This document shows, piece by piece, positions 1 to 12,700 of a stretch of 64,000 nucleotides of DNA. Origin of the DNA: Tricharina praecox (lineage: Eukaryota). Each line of letters starts with the position of its first letter. Positions within the stretch are counted from its first letter, which is position 1. The DNA lies in NCBI RefSeq assembly GCF_024521635.1, contig NW_026250403.1, forward strand, positions 2,356,001 to 2,420,000, read 5' to 3'. A program made the position numbers and the translations under genes. Below the pieces are notes generated by a model, which saw only the letters and a program-made list of their open reading frames with translations, ran no database searches and was not told the origin of the DNA.

Positions 1-655
1 GCAGCTGTCGGAGAGGATAGTCGGTTCCCCATGGGCAGATGGAATCAAGGCAGATGGAATCAAGGCGGACCGAAGCGAGAGCGGGGAATATGCTACATGC
101 TAGCCACTTATATACACACATACGCATTCCACACAACTCTATCCCACAACTGCATTCGCAATAGCCCAGCATAAAAAACAAAACACAGTTGAAGTGTGCA
201 GTGAGAAAGCGGCACTAGGTCCGAAGTGGGTGCCTGGAAGTCGAATAGAGTTACAATGAGCGAATTTCGCACCGCTGAGAAACCAGAACACGGGATTCTC
301 ATGTTCAACGAGCAAGGCTCCTCTCGAGCCTGCCGCAAGTCCAGTGCGCAGCCGTTCGGTTTCGCAGCTGCAACATGCCGTGATACCTCCCAAGAAATCG
401 GCATACTCGCAGCGGTTAGAAGAGTGCCCCCCCGAGTTGCACGATGTGCGCAGCGGCATGCTCGCTGTCAGCCCAAATTCCAGAGTCGCTCCTGGTCACC
501 CCCCGCCCCCGCGGAAGGGTTGCCAGAATAATTATTACTGCAAGCACAAGCAATGCCCCTCGATTCCCCCTCCCGTTCTGATCGTATATATTAAAGGGCA
601 TCGCGCCCCCTTCCATCAGCGATGATCTCAAAGCCCGGACGACACGCTTGCGCAA

Positions 656-3283
656 ATGGACTCCACCGACAAGGAAGCGTTTCCTCTCCCATCCGTCACG
701 TCTGAGCCCGAACGCGACTTCGAGCTCGATAGGATTCTCTCGGATAACTGCAGCCAGAATGAATTCGGAGTGCTCTCCAATCCGCTCCTCAATCTGGACC
801 GCCCGAAATTGCGCGAGTTGGGGGAGGCCTTCGCTGCACGATACGGGCTTCCTGCGAGCGAGCGGGCTCGGTTTGCGGACGCGGCAATATTGGCCCAGGA
901 CAACGAGGCCTGGCGGAGACCAGACGAACACCTTCAACTCCTTCCCGAGGACGCAAACGCACTTGATCGAGAGAAGACTCATAGGTGGCACCAGCCTCGA
1001 AAGCTATGGTCCCTGATCATCGTGTGTGCCACATCTGCTGCAGTGCAGGGTTGGGACCAGTGAGAACTTTACTTCCCCACATTCAGCCCTGCGAATACTA
1101 CTAACCGACGTCGGATCAAGGTCCGCAATCAATGGAGGTAAGCAGACTGCACATCTGCGCCCGCTCCCCAATGCCGAACTGACGTGGGGAAAACAAAAAA
1201 GCCAATGTCCTGTTCAAGACCGCCTTCGGACTGGACGATAGACGTGATATTTTCGGTGAGTTGTGGTCTCACACTCGACGCTAGTTGATGCCGTACCCAA
1301 CAACTCATGCATCCCGTCAAGGCCTGGTCAGCAGCGCACCGCTTTTGTGCTGCTTCTTTAGCTGTCTGCTGCTCACAAATCCCATGAACCACTTTCTGGG
1401 TCGGCGGGGGACAATCTTCGTCACCTGCCTCATATCGTCTCTGAGCTGCCTGGGCCAGAGCTTTACGCGGAGCTGGCAGTCAATGTTCATTCTGCGTTTG
1501 GTGCTCGGTATGGCTTCCGACTAACCACCCATTGTAGCTCCAATCTGACAGAACATAGGCCTGGGTATTGGACCAAAGAGCGCAACAGTGCCGGTTTACG
1601 CCGCCGAAACAGCTCCCAGTTCGATCCGAGGAGCACTGGTCATGCAGTGGCAAATGTTTACAGCTTTCGGGATCTTTCTGGGTACACTGATGGGAAGAGT
1701 ATTCTACGATGTGGGAAATGTCGATTCCAACGAGGTTTGCACAGAGGCACTCAAGAATAAGGTGTTTGCAACGCTTTTGAGCACGGAATGCGTATGGGCC
1801 CATGCACTGCATCTTGCTACAGTACTTCACTGACACCGGACCCAGAGCCTCCGTTGGCGTTTGATGATCGGCAGTCCTATGGTTCTCCCGCTTGTCGTAT
1901 GTGTGCATGTGTGGTTCGTTCCGGAGTCACCACGGTATATATGGCCCAGTATTGGAGTTGGAGCAAGAGCAGCTTCCTAACCGGAACAGATGGTACATGA
2001 AACATGGCACTCAATACTACAAGAACGCCTACGATTCCCTTTGCCAGCTACGGGAATCTCGTCTGCAAGCCGCTCGAGACCTCTTCTACATCCATTGCTT
2101 GCTGCATGCGGAGCGAGAGATCCAAAATCGGCATCACAGACTCTTTGAGATTTTCAGTCGACCAAGAAACAGAAGAGCTCTGCAAGCCTCGGTAGATCTC
2201 TCCACCGATTCATGCCCTCGTTTCACGTCAATACTGATGTATTCTCGTGTAGTTTATCGTCATGTTCATGCAGCAATTTTGTGGGGTCAATACGATGGTG
2301 CATGTAAGAGCCCGTATCCGCACGAACCACCTCCGTCGACTTGGGCTGATTCAACCAGTACTCAACAGATATCATCAGTGATGCTGGGGTTACGGGACGG
2401 AACTCCATGCTCTTTACCATGGGATTCGGTCTCATTAATTTTGTTTTTGCGTTGCCGGCGGTCAGGATCATCGACACCGTGTCAGGCCGTCGAAAATTGC
2501 TTCTCATCACTTTCCCGCTTATGTCTGTCTTCCTGTTCTTAACTGCTGGGGCTTTCAACATCAAGAGCGACGAGAACGACAAAACGAAAGAGGCCATCAT
2601 CATGTTGGGGATATACCTTTTTGCTGTTGCTTATTCCCCAGGCGAAGGGCCTGTGCCTTTTACATATTCCGCGGAATGGTAGGATTCCCTCTCCCCCGTT
2701 GACCCCTCGGTGTAGCCGTAATAACATATTCCCAGCTACCCTCTCTATATTCGAGAGATTGGAATGTCCATTGCGACCGCCGTTACCTGGGTTTTCAACT
2801 TTTGCGTCACAATGACCCTGCCCGCGATGAAGGGAGAAAACCGTCTCGGGCCTGACGGGATGCTGTCATTCTACGGGACGTGGAATCTGGTGGGATTCTT
2901 GCTAGTGCTATTGTATGTTCTCGAGCTTCTACAGTGGCCTGACCAAAGGCTCCCCGCGCTAACTTTCGACAGCTTTGTACCAGAGACCAAAGGCGTGTTG
3001 CTATCACCAAATTGTGCATACCTACGTGAAACCTTGCTAACGAATCTTAGGGCGTTCTTTGGAGGAACTCGACAGAGTGTTTTCAGTGTCAACAAGGAAA
3101 CATGCGTTGTACGGAGCTCAACAGGCTATCTACTGGTGCAAACGCTACACGCCAGGCATTGTCACCCCGAAACGTCCGGTTTTAGAGGTGCCAGGGGACG
3201 TAATTCCGTCATCTGGGCCAGAAGTACCGTCAAATGCCCCTCGTCCGCGATCACCGGTATCAGTGGCCGATTCCTGGGACTGA
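656..3283 (+). CDS. MFS sugar porter family transporter (fungal myo-inositol/sugar transporter-like), many short introns
   Basis: Spliced ORF fragments give sugar-porter motifs: AAVQGWDQ, FLGRRG, PVYAAETAP, RGALVMQWQ, PESPR|WY, FMQQFCGVN, GRRKLLL, YSPGEGPVPFTYSAE, FVPETKG|RSLEEL; GT-AG introns with CTAAC/CTGAC branch points; TGA at 3281-3283. Confidence 0.92.
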
Positions 3284-4077
3284 TTGGCCCAGGCTCTGGC
3301 GGGAGGAGAACTTTGGTAATGGAATGCTTAATTGGCGGGTGTTTTTGGATGGTGTTTTTTTCTTGCTTGCTTTTTCTTAGAAATGCAAAGTTCGTGTATG
3401 TACAAAATTAGTGGCACGATGCACAAGTCACAAGCCGGAATGCAGCGTTGACTGCGCACCATGTTGTGTTGGTCCTACCTACATGTGCATACTAGGAGAT
3501 GTCGGTGCATCCTCCGCGCACGTAACATAAGCAGTCGAAAACCGAAGTCAATCTTTCTCTTAATGCGCAGTGAAAGGACGCCTTGCGATGTTGGATATCC
3601 AGGTTATGTACAGACCGAAGCCGTTTGCCACCTTGCAGCGACTGCCCAGCGCCCAGCGCCAACTGCACATGCCCTGCCTACCCACTGCAGGCCAAGATTC
3701 TCGCATAAACGCTTTCCTATCCCTTGCGGGGGAGACGGTAGATATCTACCATGGGAAGTGCTTTTTGGACGAAGATGCGGATTAGACAGCGGAGAAAAAC
3801 CCCGGGCCCGACAAGTGCGGGGAGTGCGATGGTATCTACATATTTTGCTTTTTTTTTTGTCTTTGGTCTCGTCATCTCTGCATTCGATCAATTCCAGACA
3901 AGGGCTGTTAGGTATATACGCCCTATGTACTTAATCCCTTTGTTGTCTTGATCCGTCCACGATGCTGCTATGAAGTCCGACGAGTGATATATCGCAGCAA
4001 ATGTAAAGTGTTATTTGTGCCTCATTTCAAACACTAGTGATTGTGGTATATATTGATTAAAAAAGAGTTTATACATA

Positions 4078-4163
4078 CCCTCTGTGGTGTAGTTGGTATC
4101 ACACCGGACTGTAATTGTGAAGTTGTCATCCGTTGGTCACCAGTTCGACTCTGGTCGGAGGGA
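4078..4163 (+). tRNA. tRNA-Tyr(GTA) with 13-nt intron (TTGTGAAGTTGTC), copy 1
   Basis: Acceptor stem CCCTCTG/CGGAGGG with A73, A-box TGGTGTAGTTGG, anticodon loop CT-GTA-A followed by the intron, T-arm ACCAG-TTCGACT-CTGGT, T6 Pol III terminator at 4167-4172; 73 nt mature. Confidence 0.95.
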
Positions 4164-4551
4164 TTATTTTTTGCTATTTTCTTGCCGCTGCATGCCGTGA
4201 CGTGCTACCGCCCAAAAAAGCTCGGCAAATCTTTTGGATTCCATGGTCTGTGGAGCACGAATGTGGTCTCAGGAGGCTCCGCGACGCTAGAGCCACTTTG
4301 GCCAGTTAAACTTCTTGCAAGCTTCAACTTATAACCTACGACATCGACGGCAACGTGCCACGACCAGCGTCTACACATATCCCACCCATCACGGGCTCCA
4401 TCGCGAACAATCCATCGAACATATCGGCCGAATTATTACTGCACCTGCCTGAAACCGTCGCACCCCACTTCGCTACCGCGCGAGTCGAAGCTCTGATAGC
4501 TTCCAGAGCCCCCCTAACTTCCGCCCACCGACGACGCCCCGACCCCCCGCC

Positions 4552-6623
4552 ATGCGTCTTTCGGTGCTTGGAGCTCTGTCTCTGAGCTCCGTGGCTTCCG
4601 CCTTTTACCTTCCCGGCGTTGCTCCGACCGACTACAAGAAGGATGACCGGGTGCCACTCTACGTCAACCATTTGACGCCCAGCACGAGCGATGCCACACC
4701 GGAGCAGCAACAGCTCCACTCGGTCTGGTCCTATGACTACTACCTTCCCCAGTTCGGTTTCTGCCGACCAGAAGGCGGGCCCAAAAAAGTCTCCGAATCG
4801 CTGGGATCCATTCTGTTTGGCGACCGAATCCTAACTTCGCCGTTTGAGCTACGCATGGCAAAGAATGAGACCTGCAAAAGACTATGTGAGCCGAAGAAGT
4901 ACGATAAGCCAATGGCACAGTTCGTGACGCGCAAGATATGGCAGAACTTTAATCTCAACCTACTCGTGGACGGGCTTCCGGCGGCCACCCAGACGCAAGA
5001 TCAGCGTGGCAACGAATATTTCACTCAAGGTTTCCCGCTGGGCTTTGTTGACGTTCCGGAGCCCGAGGACGATAGGCGCCCTACAGCCTACTTCAACAAC
5101 CACTACAACTTCATCGTCGAGTTCCATAAGATCTCGACTCGCAATGGTGAACCTCGATACCGTGTGGTTGGAGTAACAGTGCAACCCGAGTCGCGCAGTA
5201 GCCGGGAAGACCCCTTGAGGGAGTTCGGGGCGGACTGTGACGACGCTACGCAGATATCGCTCGATATGGAGGGCGGTACTGAGGTCCTCTTCACTTACTC
5301 TGTCTACTGGAAGCCATCCAACACGGCGTGGGCAACCCGCTGGGACAAGTACCTTGGTGTCGTGGATCCCAATATTCACTGGTTTTCACTCGTGAATTCT
5401 GCTATCATAGTGGTGTTCCTTACTTCCATGGTCGGAATGGTGCTTCTGCGCGCCTTGCGTAAGGATATTACCCGCTACAACCAACTGGACCTCAACGAGG
5501 ACGTGCAGGACGATTCCGGCTGGAAGTTGGTCCACGGGGATGTCTTCCGTCCGCCCAAGAATCCCATGTTGCTGTCCATCTTCCTTGGTTCGGGTGCGCA
5601 GCTGTTCTTCATGACCGGGTTTACTATTGTATTCGCGCTGCTAGGTTTCCTGTCACCGTCCAACCGTGGCAGTCTGGGTACCGTTGCAATCCTCCTGTAC
5701 ACATTGCTCGGTTTCGTCGGTGGCTACGTGTCCGCGCGGGTGTACAAGACGCTCGGCGGCGAGGCATGGAAGCAGAACATCGTGTACACACCCATCATGG
5801 TCCCCGGTATTGTCTTCGGCACCTTTTTCTTCCTCAACCTCTTCCTGTTCTTCCAGCAGTCATCTGGCGCCGTTCCGTTCACTACCATGCTCGCGCTCAT
5901 CTGTATCTGGTTCATCATCTCGGTGCCTCTTTCGTTCGGTGGTAGTTGGTTCGGGTTCCGCGCGCCTATCCCAGAGGCTCCGGTCAGGACAAACCAGATT
6001 CCGAGACAAATCCCACCGTCGCAGACGTACCTTAGGCCTATCCCGTCGATACTGCTGGCCGGTATTCTGCCGTTCGGAGCCATCTTCGTCGAGCTGTACT
6101 TCATCATGAATTCCATCTGGTTCCACAAAGTGTACTACATGTTCGGCTTCCTCTTCGTCTGCTACGGCATCATGGTATGTCACCCGTTTCGTGTTTTTTT
6201 ACGCACCTCTTGGTTACTTCCGAGGGAGGCTAACGTGATGGTGATCGCACATAGATCGTCACCTGCTCGATGGTGACCATCCTGATGGTCTACTTCCTGC
6301 TCTGCAGCGAAAACTACCACTGGCAGTGGCGCGCATTCTGCACGTCGGGCGCCTGCGCGGTCTACATCTTCTTGAACGCCATCATCTACTGGATCAGCAA
6401 GCTGAGCCTGGGAAGCTTCACGGGAAACGTCCTGTACCTCGGTTACTCGGCGCTGATTGGGTTTATGTTCTTTATTCTGACTGGTACGTTGTTTTTCTTC
6501 TCGGAGATGGGGGCTGGGCTGGGCTGGGCTGGGCTGACTAGGTGTGTGCGTACAGGTTCTATCGGGTTCTTTTCGAGTTACTTCTTTGTCAGAAAGATTT
6601 ACGGTAGTATCAAGATCGAGTAA
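4552..6623 (+). CDS. EMP70: Nonaspanin TM9SF / endomembrane protein 70 (Emp70/Tmn2-like)
   Basis: Signal peptide followed by FYLPGVAP, SLGSILFGDRI, IHWFSLVNS, GWKLVHGDVFRPP, PVRTNQIPRQIP, C-terminal KIYGSIKIE (KxD/E motif); introns 6175-6254 and 6484-6555. Confidence 0.96.
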
Positions 6624-6953
6624 GGGCGAGGCGAACGGGATGGGGATTGGGGACAGTATGGTAGGGCTTAGCCTGTTTAGCTGTCATTGTCGATGGCAGG
6701 CGTGGGGATACTGGTATTTGTGGTCACCTCCCAGTCGCGAATGGATTATCCCCTTGTGTGGTGCAGGTTGTGGTGGTGTGTGAGCTTGTATTTTGCGTTT
6801 TGGGTTAGAAGGAGGTCGGCGTGTCTGTCTGTCTGTGTTGAGGGAGCATGAAGATCAGAGGATGTGCGGGTGTGGGGATGTGCGGATGAATGACGACGGG
6901 TGTATTTGTACTCTACTTGTGATTTCGTTTCCATTCGATGCCATGTACCGTAT

Positions 6954-7028
6954 GTAATTCCAAGATGTACCGTAATTCCAAGATGTACCGTAATTCCAAT
7001 ATGTACCGTAATTCCAAGATGTACCGTA
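6954..7028. repeat. 18-bp tandem minisatellite (GTAATTCCAAGATGTACC) x4
   Basis: Four head-to-tail copies with one substitution and no spacers. Confidence 0.95.
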
Positions 7029-7281
7029 GGTGCTCTACGTATTTCGCATCTCTCGAGTCACAATTCACGATTCATCATTCACGATTCATCGCACACGACA
7101 TCACCCGCCACCTCTCACTAAAGCCTCTAAAGTACCTATCACATGACCCCCTAGCTCGTTCGTTCTCGCTTCCACTTGGCACCTGTCTACCACACCACAC
7201 CGCCCACCACCAGACCACACCACCCACAGCTCAACTCCCAGCCCGCAACTCACCAACTGCCCAACAACAACCCCGCCCACC

Positions 7282-8415
7282 ATGCCCCTCCACCTCCTCC
7301 ACCACAAATCCTACCATGTCTACAACGCCGCCAACATCGCGCGCGTGCGCTCCGACGAAGCCGCTGCCGCGGTGACCGCCGCCCTCGCCGCAGACGCCGC
7401 GCAGGCCTCTGCCGCGTCGGAGCGGCTCGAGCTGCTGAGGGCGGGCGCGGGCGGCACGGGCACAACCACGGTCACCACAGCTCCAGCTCCAGCTCCAGTC
7501 ACGGAGGAGCCGGCGACACCCGACTCCCAGCGCCCGAAGCCGGCGACCAAGACACCAGCGCAGCGGCAGCTCGACGGGCGCGTGAACCGGGAGGGGATCG
7601 TGGGATCAGACGGGCATATCAACCTGTTCCCGTTGCCTGCGGGGGGAGGGGCGGCGGGAAGGAACGAGGAGGCCGAGCGCGAGAGGAAGGAGAAGGAGGC
7701 GAAGTGGGAGGCTGATACGTTCCGGAATGCCCTGGGTAGGCCGTGTGATGAGGTTAGGCCTTGGTATGTGAAGCTGCCTGGGGAGGAGGGGGTGGAGGGG
7801 GGGGGTGAGGGGAGTGAGGGGAGGGGGGGCGGGAGCGGGAGGGGGAGGGGAGGAGGGAGGGGCAGGGAGAGGTGGAAGGATTGGGATGATCCGTTGAAAG
7901 CTGTGAACTCGGGCGTGCGCCAGCTGCGGGATGCGGAGAGTGAGCGGGCGGAGTGGCGGCGGAGTAGGGAGGTCGATGTTGGCGGGGCGGTGGCGGCGAC
8001 GGCGGCGGAGGGGGTGGCAGCGGAGGGGCGGCGGCGGCGGGACAGCGACTGGCACAGCCGTCGGCGGTCCCGCTCAGCATCACCGAAGAAAGATCGTCAT
8101 CCTAATACCTCCGGGAGGAAACGCCGCTCGAGATCCAGATCGCGCACGCGGAGGTCTAGATCTCGTGAGGGGCAGAGGCACCGCCGCCACCGCCACCGCG
8201 ACCACGATGGCGACAGGGGAGCTAAATATCCGACAACTGATGACGCCGATGGTAGGATTGCTAAACTCCGACGAGAGCGTGAAGAGCGGGAGGAGCGGGA
8301 GAGACGGAAGACGCAGCTGTTGCTGGAGCGCGAGAAAGAGAGGACCACTCCCGGGTGGAAACCGGTTAGCGGTGGGAGGTATTCTAGACAATTCGGGATC
8401 GACCAGAATCCATAG
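7282..8415 (+). CDS. Cir_N-domain protein, LENG1-like (splicing-associated), with RS/R-rich low-complexity C-terminal half
   Basis: Intronless 377-aa ORF; N-terminus MPLHLLHHKSYHVYNAANIARVRSDE resembles the Cir_N motif; also GHINLF, PWY, DDPL and terminal RYSRQFG motifs typical of the LENG1 family. Confidence 0.8.
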   Translation: MPLHLLHHKSYHVYNAANIARVRSDEAAAAVTAALAADAAQASAASERLELLRAGAGGTGTTTVTTAPAPAPVTEEPATPDSQRPKPATKTPAQRQLDGRVNREGIVGSDGHINLFPLPAGGGAAGRNEEAERERKEKEAKWEADTFRNALGRPCDEVRPWYVKLPGEEGVEGGGEGSEGRGGGSGRGRGGGRGRERWKDWDDPLKAVNSGVRQLRDAESERAEWRRSREVDVGGAVAATAAEGVAAEGRRRRDSDWHSRRRSRSASPKKDRHPNTSGRKRRSRSRSRTRRSRSREGQRHRRHRHRDHDGDRGAKYPTTDDADGRIAKLRREREEREERERRKTQLLLEREKERTTPGWKPVSGGRYSRQFGIDQNP

Positions 8416-9663
8416 CTTGTGGATGGGATATCTACTTCAATGGCTGGCGGATGCGGGGGTGAGATAGATAGCGTATTACTGGTGCTCTACCTAGAGTAGG
8501 TGGCTAGATAGTTGTCAGGCAGCAGCAGCAGCAGGTAGGCAGTCAGGGACATGTCTGCCACGTTTCCGCTGTTTCTCCTGCGGTGGCGGGATTGAAGTCC
8601 TGGGGGTAGATTGGATGTGGCAAATCTGTGTGAAATCCCTCCCCTCGTAACTTACTGTGGCGTGCCGTAGAGTGCTTTTCACTTTACATACAGTTCCTCA
8701 GTCTCCCCCCGTAACTCCGTCCGGCAAGTCCGTATGGATGCTACGGCCCCACCACAGCACTGTGAGACAGATGGGCAAGTCCGCCTGCACAGCGCAGCAC
8801 GAAGACGCGCGCACACACAGACAGCTGAAGAATGGCCACGATAGGGAACTAACTGCAACGCAGACGTGAGAGTGGTGTGGAAATGTCGTCGCTGAAGGGC
8901 CCGGAACACCTCACAGATCACGACCTCCTCATTCCCACTCACTGCACATACATACCTACTGTGCTCGACGCCGGTCGCCGGGTCGTGTGACTGTCGACGA
9001 CGACGCATGGAAGTGGAAGCCCTCTGTCCGTGGAGAGAGCTCGAAGGAGAGAACAGCGCACACAGCAACTGCTTGTTTTTTTCTTTCTTTTCCTCTTTTT
9101 GTTTTTTCCCAACACAACACTACTCCCGTTAGAGAACCGTCCTCTAGTTTTCTCCGTGCGTCTGCTCGCGAAGCGGGGATGGAGTCGATTCTCTGCTTCT
9201 ACTCGTCGTTGTGTAGTTGACAGTCTTGTTTTTTTCCCTTCTTCTTCTTTGTCTCTCAACGAGAATCGAGCAGGATGCCGGGCACGATAGGTACCATTGG
9301 AGTGTATGAGGTAGAGTATGTAGTGTACTTCGCATGGGCTGTATCTATCCATCCATCAGCACATGATGCGTATATCGTACTGACACAGGCTCACAGCTAC
9401 TAGTATGATGGAGAGTGTGTAGGCTCGCCGCTCCACGTCCCGGAAGTACAGTACATGCTAGCCAAGTACCCTAACCCTCCTGGCCCGGTTTCCCAGTCAC
9501 CTGCCCGGATCGGGGCAAGTAGTGGGTGTGTGGTGTGTGCCCCTTCCATCTCGACTCCAGATCTGAATGTTTGCTGGCTAGATCTCGATCGGTGAAAGGG
9601 GCCATGATGGAGGGGGGCCCACGGGCAGTAGTGTGTTCTCCACAAGTGCATTACGGACCACGA

Positions 9664-9790
9664 TATGTATGTGGTGTATGTATGTGGTGTATGTATGTGG
9701 TGTATGTATGTGGTGTATGTATGTGGTGTATGTATGTGGTGTATGTATGTGGTGTATGTATGTGGTGTATGTATGTGTGTGGTGTATGTA
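9664..9790. repeat. 13-bp tandem minisatellite (TATGTATGTGGTG) about 9 copies
   Basis: Directly visible periodic array. Confidence 0.95.
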
Positions 9791-12700
9791 CGGTACCTAG
9801 ATCATACGTGCTTGACATACGCAACCTGGGACCTGACCATGGGCCTGCTATGTTATGTTATGGATGTGCATACATAACATACGGTAGGTAAGCAAGGTAG
9901 GTACCAAACACTGAGCGAAGCAGGAAAAAATCATGCGAGAAGATTCTAGCCATCCGGAGAGGGAGCGGTGAGGATGCTACCGCCCCGCCGGCGCGGTTCT
10001 CGCGTGTCTCTGGTCGGGATTCCGGAGGGGCGGAGGGGGTGGGAGGGGATTGAGGAGGGTGGTGGGGAGAGGAGGGGAGAGAGAAGACGGAGGTTTATGC
10101 AGTCGTTTTCGGTTGTGGGTTTTTCGGGATTTTTTTTTTCACGAAGTGGAGGTGGAACGATATCGTCGCGGTGGGGATGACTTGCTTCTTCCTGACTGTC
10201 CAGTGTCTTCAGCCTCCAGGGTGACTCGTTCTCTCGCCGTGAGCGCGGCTGAGAAGCAGAAGGAAAACAAAGTGCTTGAGCCTCTAAAGTCTAGCTAGAG
10301 TACGACTGTACGAGTACTTCCTCGTTCCCTTTCTGCTGCCGGCTAGCGGAATACATATGTACATATCGACATCGCACGATCTGCTCCCGCGCACGTGCAG
10401 CCACGAGCAAAAACCCAGCCAAGCCAGAACAGAAAAAACCATTTCGCTTGTTTCTTGCTGTGCTGTGGTGGGTGTGCTGTGCGAACCAGCGCTCTCACTC
10501 GTCCGCGCGAAATAAAGGGGGGCGTTCGGGGAAGGTCCTTACGATCGCACTTCCTGGGTGGTTGAACTTGGTCCGGATTTAACAGGCTTCGAGACCGCAG
10601 CACATACGTCATATGTGGGTGTCTTGCAAAGAGGCATCCACATCCTTGTCGACGGAATACCCTTAATGCCCTGCATAATGATGTCACAGTGCGCGCGTGT
10701 GTCTGCTTTTTCTCACCGCTCCGCACCACGCTACACCACCACCTCCACTGCGAAAAGGTTGGATATTGTTCGCAGCAGCGTGCTGCTCTGCGCAGAAATT
10801 GTCGTTGGAGAAAGAAGTGCAGCAATTCGTAGAGAGAAGATTAATCGATTAACTTCTGGTGCTGCGCTGTTCTCTCTCGAGAAATTGGTTTTTATATTCG
10901 TGTGTTGTGGTTCTCGTCGGGGTGTGGTGGTGGTTTTTGACATCTTTCTCCTTCTTTTCTCCTCCGATGATGTCGAGCGTCAAGCGGGAGACGGGGGGGG
11001 GCCAATTTGTTTGGCGTTACTCACTACTCTAGCCGACGGCGGCGGCGCGCGCACGCGGGCAGGCCGGTCCCGTAACTCTACCTAGATGGAGTGGGATTGG
11101 GACTTGACTAAAAACGATCCCATCACCAGCAATTCATCTGCTTCTCTGCTCCTTCCTTTCGGTCAGTCGTCTCGACCGATTTTTCTTTTGCTTCCTTCCA
11201 TCGTGCTTCCTTCCTTCCGTTCGCTCGTCCGTTGCGGCTGGTTGCTTGGGCGGACGGACGCCTAACTCTCCTTGATGCTGGACAGGGAACCGAGAACGGG
11301 ATCGTTCCGAACTACGGAGGAGAGCCACCCTTGCTCTAGAGTCTCACACTGATAGTTTACCACCCCGTGCCTCTAGAGTAGAGTAGGCACCAAGGTACCC
11401 TTCTGCCCTCCCTTCCTCCCTTCTCCTCCTCCTTCTTCCTTCCCCACCATGTCCATCCAGTCATCCTGCCATCCAGCCATCCAGCATCCACCGTGTGAAG
11501 CGTGTTCCATGTAGTACCTACACCCAAGTACTTGTGTAGGCAGAACTGCCGGGAAGGCCTGGCTGCGAGCTGCGAGCCGCGCACCCGTCGGGGGTCCGTA
11601 TATATGTGGCTGGCTGAGGACGAGGCGAGCTGGACGGGGAGGAGGGATTGGATCCCGAGGACCACTCGTTGATCGTCGAAATCAAGTGGCCGGTCTTTTT
11701 TCCTTTTCTCCGCCTGGCTGCAGAAGGCGAGTGGAGTGGAATGGATCCTGTGCCGAGGAGGCCGAGCAAGATGATGCTGGTGTGCCGGGTCCCTATGTGT
11801 TGGTGAGAATGGAGACCGAAGGCGATCGAACGGACAGAGCGGATGCGCAGAGTAGGTGGTAACCTGTCCCGTCTTTTTGATCGGTCGATTAGCCCGTTCA
11901 TCGTTCATTCCGAGAAGAGGACAAGATCGCCGGAGGAAGTGGAGGGCACTGTATGATAGTATCATACTCAGCTCCAGTGGGCACTGAGCCTGACTGCACA
12001 TCAATAGCCAGCCCATCACGGCCGCCGCCGCCTTGTTCGTTCGCTCGTTCGATCGCTCGCTCGGCCTTCTGTTGCACTTCAGGCCTTTCGTGGCTGGTTA
12101 CGGCGATGACAATCATGCCGGTGCCGTTATCGTTGGTGTATATAGCAGGTTTGTCCAGCCCATGTCTGAGTCTGACTCGACGGCCGTCAGAGTCGTAATG
12201 AGCCCGCGTCGTCGACTCGAGTCCGTCCGCTTCTGTAAGATCTGTTTGTCCACCACCACCACCAGCTTCACCACCACCACCACCACCACCACCACCACCA
12301 TCAGGCCGGCCATAATCGGTGCTGGACATGGCCCCCAGTGATGGTTATGGTAATGGTCATAGGCCCGTAAGAATAATTGCCTGCCCCCCTGCCCTCTCAC
12401 CGTGCAGCCGCTGCTCTCCTGTCACCGGCGGTTCAATCTTCTATCCGTTTCTCTCCCTCCTTCCTCCCTTCTCTCACTCGTTCACCGCCGCCGACGACGA
12501 CGTACATTGTATACGCAACAAGTAGAAGCCTTGCCGCTCGCTACTATGTAAGCACAGAATCGTTACTCCAAGACTTTATGAAAGAAAGATCCTCCCCCCT
12601 CCCCCCTCCCCAAAAAAAAACCCCCATATCATCGTGACCTATTATCGTCAGCATCATAATTGTCATCAACTTCTTCCCTCGAACTCTTCTTGACTCTCTC

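Noticed and set aside
6954-7028. 18-bp repeats as a CRISPR array or as a repeat-peptide precursor (MYRNSK / PRCTVI ORFs)
   Set aside because: Head-to-tail with no spacers, eukaryotic context, and no signal peptide or Kex2 sites.
9526-9891. Cys-rich repeat ORFs (VCGVCMWCMYVVY)
   Set aside because: Translation artefact of a 13-bp minisatellite whose period is not a multiple of three.
11898-12329. Gly-rich 143-aa minus-strand ORF
   Set aside because: Driven by a (CAC)n microsatellite in a promoter-like region; no recognisable motifs or coding bias.
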